Part shown: piece by piece, positions 20,154 through 28,674 of the stretch
Layout of the letters: each line of letters opens with the position of its first letter
Position numbering within the stretch: position 1 is the stretch's first letter
Source of the DNA: Bacteroidaceae bacterium
GTDB taxonomy: Bacteria; Bacteroidota; Bacteroidia; Bacteroidales; Bacteroidaceae
Assembly: GCA_017383485.1 (NCBI GenBank)
Contig: JAFNXM010000027.1
Span: 64,739 to 128,738, forward strand
Reading direction: 5' to 3'
DNA: 64,000 bases
The notes under the pieces: model-generated
The model's database searches: none
Told to the model about the DNA's origin: nothing
What the model saw: only the letters and a program-made list of their open reading frames with translations
Translations under genes and position numbers: made by a program

Positions 20154-22823
20154 TTAATCAAATAGCGTAGGGATAGCATTTTCTTCGCCCTCCGCCACCA
20201 CTGCTTCTGCGGCTTCGTTTTCTACGACTTCGGGGCGGCGTAGTGGTTCCAACTCTTCAATCTTGTCGATATTCAGCGTAGTGATACGTTTACCCTTTGC
20301 CTTGAATCCCTTCACCGCGATAAAGGAGTCGACATCGATCTCCATTGGTTCGCGGAAAGCATCGGCGCCACCATAGTGCACCTTGAGACGTGGATAAACT
20401 TCGTCGGTCAGCAGGATGAGTTCGGACTTAGCATTTTCGCCCGTGAAGTTGAAACGTTTCAGTCCCGTAGTACGTTCCAGCACGAAGCGCTTGATATAGG
20501 GGAATCCCTGCTGGTCTGCGTCGTAGAGCGCGGCGGTCCATACCTTGTTTGGGTCGAACTTTTCGATGCGCAGCAGGTCTGTTTCGTAGTGATTGTTGAC
20601 GTCGAAATTCGTAGTGTAGTAGTCGCCATTCTTCAGTACGACTACGATCGCATCGTCCGAGTGGAATTCGCCCAGGTATTGACCGCGCTCGTCATAGTTC
20701 AGACGCGATACGTCGTGGTCGTACCACACGTTTCGGCCACCCAGGGTTGAGGCACCATGAGACTTGAGCGTGATCTTGTGAACGTCTAACTTCGTGAGCA
20801 GATTGCCTCGGGTACCACGACCTTTGACTCCCACTTCGCCAAAATCCTTTTCGAAGAATATCTTGCGCAAACGGGGGTTGGGCTTAAATGTTACCTTGAT
20901 AATCTCCGCCTCGCCGTTAGGATTGGCGGTGAAGTAGGCTACGCGGCTGCCGGGAGCACCTGCTGTAAGGTCGTACTCGCGGTCGTGCGTCACCGAGGTG
21001 ACATTGAAGCGCTTGATGTAGAAGGCTCCACCCTTGCCGTCGCGATATACCACATTATAAATAGTGCGTGCGTCGCTTCGCTTGAATATGGCAATGTGGA
21101 TGATTTCTGCTTTCTTCTTATCCTTCTTAGATTTCTCCGTTTCGCCGACAAATACCTTTTCTGCTACACGGGTGATCTTGTATGTACCATCTCGGTAGAA
21201 GATGATGACGTCGTCGATGGGCGAGCAGTTCTCGACAAATTCGTCCTTCTTGAGTGATGTGCCGATGAAGCCGTCTGCGCGGTTGATATAGAGCTTTTCT
21301 GTCGCTTCGATTACCTTTGTTGCTTCGATAGTGTCGAATGAGCGCAATTCGGTGCGGCGGGGAAAGTTGGCAGCGTACTTGTCGCGCAACAAAGTGAACC
21401 AATTGCAAGTCACTTCTACCATATTCGCCAAATCTGCATTGATGCGGTCCACCTCTTCCTTCATCTTGGCGATTTGTTCGTCTGCCTTAGATTTATTGAA
21501 GCGTAGGATGCGCGCCATTTTGATCTCCATCAAGCGCAGGATGTCATCCTTAGTGACTTCGCGGATAAACTGCGGATAGAAGGGTGTCAGTCGTTCATCA
21601 ATATGTGCGCAGGCTGCGTCCATATCTTTGGCGTTCTCGAATTGGCGGTCCTTATATATACGCTCTTCGATGAATATCTTTTCCAATGAAGCGAAGTGCA
21701 GTCCTTCCATCAATTCGGCTTTGCGAATCTCGAGTTCACGGCGCAACAGGTCTTGTGTATTGTCGACCGAAGCACGCAGGACTTCGCTGACGGTAAGGAA
21801 ACGGGGCTTGTTGTCATCAATTACACAACAGTTGGGCGAGATGCTGACTTCGCAATCCGTGAAAGCGTAGAGTGCATCGATGGCCTTATCGCTGCTTGTT
21901 CCTGGAGTGAGATGTACCACCACTTCAACGTTTGCTGCGGTCATATTCTCAACCTTGCGAATCTTGATCTTACCTTTTTCGTTCGCCTTGACGATGCTAT
22001 CGGTCAGGGTCATTACATTTTTGCCGAAGGGGATTTCTGTGATGACCAGTGTCTTGTTGTCCAACTTCTGGATCTTAGCACGTACCTTCACACTACCGCC
22101 TCGCAGACCGTCGTTGTACTTTGATACATCTATCGAACCACCAGTTTGGAAATCGGGGTAGAGTTTGAAATCCTCTCCCTTGAGATAAGCAATGGCGGCG
22201 TTGCAAAGTTCACCAAAGTTGTGTGGCAGAATCTTTGCTGATAGACCTACGGCAATACCTTCGGCACCTTGTGCTAAAAGCAAGGGAAATTTTACCGGGA
22301 GCGATACCGGTTCTTTATTGCGGCCGTCGTACGAAAGTTTCCACTCGGTGGTTTTGGGATTGAAGAGAACGTCCAGTGCAAATTTTGACAGACGTGCTTC
22401 AATATAACGAGGAGCTGCTGCCGACGCACCGGTCAGGATATTTCCCCAGTTACCTTGGCAATCGATGAGCAAGTCCTTTTGTCCCAACTGCACCAAAGCA
22501 TCGCCGATTGACGCGTCGCCGTGTGGGTGAAACTGCATAGTATGTCCTACGATATTGGCTACTTTATTGTAGCGGCCGTCGTCCAGTCGTTTCATAGAGT
22601 GGAGTATGCGTCGCTGCACGGGTTTGAGTCCGTCGCCCAAGTGGGGCACGGCGCGCTCCAATATAACGTATGACGCATAGTCCAGGAACCAATTCTGGAA
22701 CATACCAGTCAATTGGTGCTTAGTGTCACCTTCTTTTTTTGTAGTGGGATCGTATGAAGAATGCGCCTCCTCATGAGTCACATCTTTCAAATCTTCTTGC
22801 AAGTCTTTCAAATCTTCGCTCAT
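20154..22823 (-). CDS. parC: DNA topoisomerase IV subunit A (Bacteroidota type)
   Basis: DYASYVILERAVP..DGLKPVQRR, HPHGDASI, AAPRYIEARL. Confidence 0.92.
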   Translation of the reverse strand: MSEDLKDLQEDLKDVTHEEAHSSYDPTTKKEGDTKHQLTGMFQNWFLDYASYVILERAVPHLGDGLKPVQRRILHSMKRLDDGRYNKVANIVGHTMQFHPHGDASIGDALVQLGQKDLLIDCQGNWGNILTGASAAAPRYIEARLSKFALDVLFNPKTTEWKLSYDGRNKEPVSLPVKFPLLLAQGAEGIAVGLSAKILPHNFGELCNAAIAYLKGEDFKLYPDFQTGGSIDVSKYNDGLRGGSVKVRAKIQKLDNKTLVITEIPFGKNVMTLTDSIVKANEKGKIKIRKVENMTAANVEVVVHLTPGTSSDKAIDALYAFTDCEVSISPNCCVIDDNKPRFLTVSEVLRASVDNTQDLLRRELEIRKAELMEGLHFASLEKIFIEERIYKDRQFENAKDMDAACAHIDERLTPFYPQFIREVTKDDILRLMEIKMARILRFNKSKADEQIAKMKEEVDRINADLANMVEVTCNWFTLLRDKYAANFPRRTELRSFDTIEATKVIEATEKLYINRADGFIGTSLKKDEFVENCSPIDDVIIFYRDGTYKITRVAEKVFVGETEKSKKDKKKAEIIHIAIFKRSDARTIYNVVYRDGKGGAFYIKRFNVTSVTHDREYDLTAGAPGSRVAYFTANPNGEAEIIKVTFKPNPRLRKIFFEKDFGEVGVKGRGTRGNLLTKLDVHKITLKSHGASTLGGRNVWYDHDVSRLNYDERGQYLGEFHSDDAIVVVLKNGDYYTTNFDVNNHYETDLLRIEKFDPNKVWTAALYDADQQGFPYIKRFVLERTTGLKRFNFTGENAKSELILLTDEVYPRLKVHYGGADAFREPMEIDVDSFIAVKGFKAKGKRITTLNIDKIEELEPLRRPEVVENEAAEAVVAEGEENAIPTLFD

Positions 22824-22949
22824 TTAATATAAAGGTTTAGGCCATAATGTCTATTCTATGCAAAAATACAAAAAATAAAGGTGTCGGCGAGCGGGAAAGG
22901 GAGAAAAGTTTGCAGAAGATAGAGCGAAGCAGGAGTTTTCAAAATAAGA

Positions 22950-23047
22950 CCAGGTCAAACAAGTTGTTTTTGCCATTAGACTTGTTTGACCTGGAGTAAG
23001 TTTTTCACATTTAAATACCCCGCCCCGATAAAACGGAGCGGGGTATT
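22950..23047 (-). terminator. two tandem hairpins downstream of the T9SS cargo gene
   Basis: Perfect 15-bp IR CCAGGTCAAACAAGT (22950-22964) / 22980-22994, and a GC-rich stem AATACCCCGC..GCGGGGTATT (23014-23047). Confidence 0.65.
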
Positions 23048-23080
23048 GTTGTTATTTAATAAGGTGTCGTGTACAGGAGA

Positions 23081-25702
23081 TTACTTCACGTAAATTTTCT
23101 TGCCACCTACGATGTAGAGACCCTTAGCCAACTTTTCGCCAGCCTTAGCATTTACCATGCGACCATCGATAGTGTAAACCTTGTTAGAAGTCTTAGTTGC
23201 TACAGCTTCTATACCTGTGTTTTCACCTACTTCGAGGATCACGTCAACGATTTGACCACCGTTATCCTTGAAGTCTTTGAACTTACCGTCGTTGTCACCA
23301 GCAGGATCAATGCTGCACCAGTCTTGTACGAAACGCATACGATATGTACCAGGTTCTGCAGGAGCAGTGAATGCAGGGATAGTAGGATTAGCACGGCCTT
23401 CACCAGAGATTGATTGACCTACGCTGTTCCAACCAAATTCGTCGCTTGTGCTACCATTGTTGTAGAATGAGTATGCTACGAGGTCGCCAGCAGGTTCCCA
23501 TTCGCTACCTTCTGCAAGAGCGCCAGTGAAACCATCTGCATCAAAGTCTACGAATACTGCGTGGTGCATCCAAGTTCCACCGTATTGTACAGAAGGAGTA
23601 ACTTCTTCGCCAGCAATTACCTTAAATGTAGCAACTGCAGTAGCGTCAGTATAGTCTTGAGATTGTTCAGCAGAAGTGAGTTCGTATACATTTTCGCCCA
23701 AAGTACTTGTCAACTTCACTGCAGTTACGTTGCGACCAGTGTTGGTCTTAGTACCAGAGTGGAGTGGAGTATAGTCAACTGGCTTATCTTCTTCTTCACC
23801 TTCGATGGTGAAAGTCAATGTGAATTCAGGGTTGTAAGTTTGTTCCCAAGAGAATACGTATTCTTCAGGAATAGTGATAGAGTATTGACCTGGAGCAGTG
23901 ATTTCGTCCTTGAATGTAACGATTACTGCGTTCCAATCGTAGTCGTCGAGACCCAACTTAGCGGTAGTGACAGTTTTGCCTTCAGCGTCTACTACGTTGA
24001 TAGACTTGCTTGATACTACGTCTTGTACTTCGCCGATGAAGCCGATAGTGAGGACCTTCAAAGACTTTTGTACCTGGTGTTGAGCTGGAGTAACATAAGC
24101 GTAAGTGAAGCTGTTTACTGCTGCCTTAACTTGGTAGTTCAACATCATTTCTTCGTTAGTATTGCCATCAGCGTCTACGAATGTAGCAGGAGCTACATAG
24201 AGCATATACTTACCAGAGTTAGTGATTTCCTTTTCAGTAACGAAAGTTACGACCTTAGCATCTTCTTCAGAAACTTCGCCCCAAAGTTGACCAGCAGGCA
24301 TACCATTTACATAGAGTACTACACCACCTTCTTCGCCGAGAGTCACAGGCTTGTTGAATGTGAATGTAAACTTACTTACAGATTCCAATTCACTGCCATC
24401 AGCAGGAGTTACAGAGAGGAGTTCGAGTGGTTCAGCAGGTGCTACATATTCTTCGATGAAGAGGGGCTTCACTTGGGGTGTGCCTTTGTAGATGCTGTTG
24501 AAGAGTACGTCTACATCGTAAGTCTTGCTTGTACCAACGAAAGCGGTGAGGTCGATACCCTTGTAGCAAGCGATCTTGTCTTCGCCTTGTACGATGTAAG
24601 TAGTTGTCTTGCTGTCTACGGTTTCTGTTTCGATAGTCACATCGCGCAATTGCACGTAGTGAGCCATCCACCTGCCTTCGTTCAGATCTGCCACGCTTAC
24701 GACGTATGGTGTTACTTCTGCTGGTTTAGCGTTGAGTGAAATAGTGCTCACGTCAGTCAAGTCGTTGTTGACTACCAATTCGGGCATGCTGTTGTAGAGC
24801 TTGAAGTCTGCTACGATATAACCTTCCAACACTTGACCTTGTTGCAAATCGAGGCCGATATTATAGAGTGCAGCTGCATTTTCACCTTCGCGCAAATGTA
24901 CTGTACCGCCGTCCACGAATGCTACGACTACGCCATTGAAGTTTACCTTCACTTCCTTCCTGTCTGCAGTCAGGTTGCACAAATCAGCGAATGCCAATTC
25001 TTCGGGTACTACCTTTGTGAAAGTAGCTTCAGATACTTCGCTCAAGTTACCACCTTCGATAGCCACAGCCTTTACGGTAGTAGTTTCGGTCAATGTGATA
25101 GGGGCTGTGTAGAGTGTAGAATTAGCGTCGGGTGTAGTGCCGTCCAAAGTATAACGCACTTCAGCGCCTTCGCCAGCAGTAAGTGCGACTTCTACTGTTT
25201 CCAAGAAATTCGCCTTGCCCTTGATCGTTGGTGCAGCCACATAGCTTTCGCCAGCAGAAGCCAAAGTTACTTCAATCTTAGTAGCGCGCACTTGAGCCTT
25301 CGAAGCATTAAATGCAACAGTTGCAGCCGAACCCACCCAAGTACCTTCTTTACCAGAATAAGTATAAGTACCTTCTGACACTGTAAAGTTACCAGGACCA
25401 TAGTTGGAAGTGTTGCTTGCTGTACAAGTAAATACAACCTTTTCAATGTTACCTTCTGTAGAAGTCACATTCAAGATTGCGCCCTTGTAGATACGCATTT
25501 GATCGTACTGTTCGTTTAGATAACCACCGCCAGCAGTACTACTGGTGTTTTGATCAAGTGAAAGTGTCACACCTTCCTTGGTAAAGGTAGAGGCGTCCGT
25601 GTTACCTGATTTTGCTTCAAAGGTAACCACCTTTTGTGCACTAACGCTACCAAAGAGCAGAGCAAAAGCACACAATAGGAATAAGTGTAATTTTTTTGTC
25701 AT
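23081..25702 (-). CDS. secreted multidomain surface protein (Fn3-associated/CHB_HEX_C-like, Ig-like Big, GEVED-like, T9SS C-terminal domain)
   Basis: Signal peptide; VRYTLDGTTP..STLYTAPITL; LLSVTPADG..FTFNKPV; VFVDFDADG..GTYRMRF..GGQIVD; C-terminus TGIEAV..VYTIDGRMV..KGLYIVGGKKIYVK. Confidence 0.8.
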   Translation of the reverse strand: MTKKLHLFLLCAFALLFGSVSAQKVVTFEAKSGNTDASTFTKEGVTLSLDQNTSSTAGGGYLNEQYDQMRIYKGAILNVTSTEGNIEKVVFTCTASNTSNYGPGNFTVSEGTYTYSGKEGTWVGSAATVAFNASKAQVRATKIEVTLASAGESYVAAPTIKGKANFLETVEVALTAGEGAEVRYTLDGTTPDANSTLYTAPITLTETTTVKAVAIEGGNLSEVSEATFTKVVPEELAFADLCNLTADRKEVKVNFNGVVVAFVDGGTVHLREGENAAALYNIGLDLQQGQVLEGYIVADFKLYNSMPELVVNNDLTDVSTISLNAKPAEVTPYVVSVADLNEGRWMAHYVQLRDVTIETETVDSKTTTYIVQGEDKIACYKGIDLTAFVGTSKTYDVDVLFNSIYKGTPQVKPLFIEEYVAPAEPLELLSVTPADGSELESVSKFTFTFNKPVTLGEEGGVVLYVNGMPAGQLWGEVSEEDAKVVTFVTEKEITNSGKYMLYVAPATFVDADGNTNEEMMLNYQVKAAVNSFTYAYVTPAQHQVQKSLKVLTIGFIGEVQDVVSSKSINVVDAEGKTVTTAKLGLDDYDWNAVIVTFKDEITAPGQYSITIPEEYVFSWEQTYNPEFTLTFTIEGEEEDKPVDYTPLHSGTKTNTGRNVTAVKLTSTLGENVYELTSAEQSQDYTDATAVATFKVIAGEEVTPSVQYGGTWMHHAVFVDFDADGFTGALAEGSEWEPAGDLVAYSFYNNGSTSDEFGWNSVGQSISGEGRANPTIPAFTAPAEPGTYRMRFVQDWCSIDPAGDNDGKFKDFKDNGGQIVDVILEVGENTGIEAVATKTSNKVYTIDGRMVNAKAGEKLAKGLYIVGGKKIYVK

Positions 25703-25742
25703 AAGTTTGTTTATATTTTTGAGTTAAACATATTTTACTATG

Positions 25743-25834
25743 CAAAGATACGAATAAGCGAGCGAAATAATATCAAGCTTGCTTGAATATTTTCACAGCG
25801 AGCGGAAGTATCTTGGAGAGTTTTCTCAAAGGTA
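25743..25834. repeat. small palindromic element bounded by CAAAGRTA promoter-box repeats
   Basis: CAAAGATA at 25743 and CAAAGGTA at 25827; internal GCGAGCG x2, TCAAGC-TT-GCTTGA and AAGATAC/GTATCTT. Confidence 0.5.
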
Positions 25835-25929
25835 ATAAAAAAGTATTTGTGAGATAAAAGATAGTACACAAAATATGGTCAACATCAGAATATCTATAGG
25901 ATAAATTGACACATACGAAATGGCATTTT

Positions 25930-26013
25930 CACAAACCCTTGGATAAATTTAAAAAGCCTTAACCTTTTTTCAACGAGGCGTCGCGAAATTTCAACGAGGC
26001 GTCGCGAAATTTT
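25930..26013. repeat. 21-bp unit array 4
   Basis: 25930 cacaaacccttggataaattt / 25951 aaaaagccttaaccttttttc / 25972 aacgaggcgtcgcgaaatttc / 25993 aacgaggcgtcgcgaaatttt. Confidence 0.9.
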
Positions 26014-26092
26014 TCGCCACCCTTTTGAGGGTTGCACGAGGGATGTCTCTGTGCCCTCTTGGTGCAGGCGGAAATGACCGAACTGCGGGGAT

Positions 26093-26142
26093 AAAAAAAG
26101 AGTGAAAGGGTTGTCTGAATTCATGTCAAACCCTTTCACTCT
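26093..26142 (-). terminator. terminator after sufB
   Basis: AGAGTGAAAGGGTT...AACCCTTTCACTCT with an A-run on its left. Confidence 0.8.
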
Positions 26143-26195
26143 GTATATTCATTTCCAGTCACCTACAGATAAATGTCGGGACGGTTTGGGGAGTC

Positions 26196-27668
26196 CTACC
26201 CTACACTACCTTCGAGAGAGACGCTGAGAAGTTTCTGTGCCTCGACAGCAAATTCCATGGGGAGTTTGTTCAGGACTTCCTTGGCGTAACCATTGATGAT
26301 CAAATCGACTGCATCTTCGGGCGGAATGCCACGTTGCAGGCAGTAGAAGAGTTGATCCTCGGATATTTTCGACGTAGTCGCTTCGTGCTCGATGATGGCA
26401 TCATTGTTGTGCACATCGATGTAGGGGTAAGTGTGTGCGCCGCAAGTGTCGCTGAGCAGCAGGCTATCGCAAGAGGAGTGATTGCGTGCGCCCGAAGCCC
26501 CCGAGGCTACCTTGACGAGGCCACGGTAGGAGTTCTGACTGCGACCAGCAGAGATACCTTTCGACACAATCGTCGAACGTGTATTCTTGCCGACGTGTAT
26601 CATCTTTGTGCCTGTGTCGGCTTCCTGGTGATTATTGGTCACGGCTACGCTGTAGAACTCGGCCTGCGAACCATCTCCCATCAAGACGCACGAGGGATAC
26701 TTCCAGGTGATGGCACTACCGGTCTCGACCTGCGTCCACGAGAGGCGCGAGTTTTTACCTCGGAGTTGTCCGCGCTTTGTCACCAGATTGTACACACCGC
26801 CACGGCCCTCGGCATCGCCAGGGTACCAGTTTTGCACGGTGGAATACTTGACTTCGGCATCATTGCCTACGACAATTTCCACAATAGCGGCATGCAGTTG
26901 ATTTTCGTCGCGCATGGGGGCTGTGCAACCCTCGAGGTAGGAAACGTAGGCCTCGTCGTCGCAGACAATCAGTGTACGTTCGAACTGACCAGTATTGCGG
27001 GCGTTGATGCGGAAGTAGGTAGACAATTCCATAGGACAGCGCACGCCCTTGGGCACATAGACAAAGGAGCCATCGGAGAAGACGGCGCTATTGAGCGCTG
27101 CGAAGTAGTTGTCGCGATAGGGCACCACGGTGCCGAGATACTTACGCACCAGTTCGGGATTCTCGCGCACGGCTTCGCTGATCGAAGAGAAGATGACGCC
27201 CTTCTCCTGGAGCTTTTCCTTGAAAGTAGTCTTCACGGACACCGAGTCCATCACGGCATCGACGGCTACGCCTGCCAGTGCCATGCGTTCCTCGAGGGGG
27301 ATACCCAACTTGTCGAAGGTTTTCATCAATTCGGGGTCGATTTCCTTTTTGCCCTCATCCTTGGCCTTCGCTGTGGGGTCGGCATAGTAGGAGATGGCTT
27401 GGTAGTCGATCTGGGGCAGGTTGACGTGCGCCCAGTCGGGTTGTTCGAGGGTCTGCCAGTAGCGAAAAGCTTTCAGACGAAACTCCAGCAACCATTCGGG
27501 TTCACCCTTTTTCTCGGAGATCAGACGCACCACGTCTTCGTTCAAACCGCAATCGATGATTTCCGTTTGCACGTCGGTGGTAAATCCGTATTCGTATGAT
27601 TTTGCTATAGCCTCGCGCGCCTCTTTATTCATTTCCTCGCGCGGGATAGCTTTGTTCGTTTCATTCAT
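26196..27668 (-). CDS. sufB: Fe-S cluster assembly protein SufB
   Basis: [52 protein letters not shown]. Confidence 0.97.
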   Translation of the reverse strand: MNETNKAIPREEMNKEAREAIAKSYEYGFTTDVQTEIIDCGLNEDVVRLISEKKGEPEWLLEFRLKAFRYWQTLEQPDWAHVNLPQIDYQAISYYADPTAKAKDEGKKEIDPELMKTFDKLGIPLEERMALAGVAVDAVMDSVSVKTTFKEKLQEKGVIFSSISEAVRENPELVRKYLGTVVPYRDNYFAALNSAVFSDGSFVYVPKGVRCPMELSTYFRINARNTGQFERTLIVCDDEAYVSYLEGCTAPMRDENQLHAAIVEIVVGNDAEVKYSTVQNWYPGDAEGRGGVYNLVTKRGQLRGKNSRLSWTQVETGSAITWKYPSCVLMGDGSQAEFYSVAVTNNHQEADTGTKMIHVGKNTRSTIVSKGISAGRSQNSYRGLVKVASGASGARNHSSCDSLLLSDTCGAHTYPYIDVHNNDAIIEHEATTSKISEDQLFYCLQRGIPPEDAVDLIINGYAKEVLNKLPMEFAVEAQKLLSVSLEGSVG

Positions 27669-27671
27669 AAC

Positions 27672-28274
27672 TTAATTATTTTCTGTGGCGTCTTGTTGCT
27701 GGTCCTTAAATTCCACCCACAATGTGTCGGCATCGTCCATCATTTTCTCGATGGCCGCTCTTTTCATCTTTCTTTCCACGACGCCTTTGTAGTTTTCCAA
27801 ACTATCTGTCACCCCAGTCTGCTCGTCGATAAACGGCAGTACGGCTGTGGCTGGTTCGAGCAGGACGGAGTCGCCCATGATCTTCTGGTCGGCAATATTG
27901 AGTTTGGCCATCATATTCAGCACACAGCTGATCAATAGTACAAACTTCAATACCGAGAAACCGACACCAAGCAGGCTATTCACCACGCCCAGGCTCATAC
28001 CCTTGATAGCCTTGGTCAGGATATTGGCGATAAGGCCCAGGAACAAGGGCAAGCAGATCCATAGCAAAATGAAAGCACCGATGGACAGCACCATATTGGT
28101 GTCGCTGCCCTTTATAGCCAGAAAGTCCTCGCCAAAGCACAGATAAACGACGCCAGCCAAGATCAGACCGACAATAAGTCCGACTGTGGAAAAAGCCTCC
28201 TTGACGAAACCATTTCGCCATCCACTGATCACTGCCCAAAGCAGGAGGACACATATAAATATATCTAAGTACAT
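27672..28274 (-). CDS. cvpA: CvpA family membrane protein
   Basis: LDI..GWRNGFVKE, four TM helices, NSLLG; located between infB and sufB. Confidence 0.85.
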   Translation of the reverse strand: MYLDIFICVLLLWAVISGWRNGFVKEAFSTVGLIVGLILAGVVYLCFGEDFLAIKGSDTNMVLSIGAFILLWICLPLFLGLIANILTKAIKGMSLGVVNSLLGVGFSVLKFVLLISCVLNMMAKLNIADQKIMGDSVLLEPATAVLPFIDEQTGVTDSLENYKGVVERKMKRAAIEKMMDDADTLWVEFKDQQQDATENN

Positions 28275-28293
28275 AATTTCAATCTCTTTTAGT

Positions 28294-28486
28294 TAAGGCA
28301 GGTTCTACAAATTAGCTTGAGTCTATTGATTTTAGCTTTTCGAGGATTTTTCTTTTTGCTGTCGCAGAAGCGTAGCGGGCTACGGTTCAAGACTGTAGAA
28401 AGAAAAGGACCAAAAAGATAAATCAAGCGACCAAGCAGAGAAACTGTCAAAAGAATAAATAAAACTAATTTATAGAACTTGCCTTA
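28294..28486. mobile_element. MITE-like element with ~20-bp terminal inverted repeats and TA flanks
   Basis: TA-AGGCAGGTTCTACAAATTAG ... CTAATTTATAGAACTTGCCT-TA (2 mismatches); internal long imperfect palindrome around CGTAGC-GG-GCTACG; no ORF. Confidence 0.75.
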
Positions 28487-28674
28487 CGTCATGATATCTA
28501 TCTCAGGAAAATCAAAGGGACAGATGACCGGCAGGCCACCTGCCCCACTATATAGCTTGGCAGACACAATCACACGGATGTCTGAGATGCGCTTCATTTC
28601 ACGAGCGGATGCGAGGATTTAGTCAAACTCCCGCCACCCCATACGGTGTGCTTTGCGCTTGCAGTAATGTCTTA

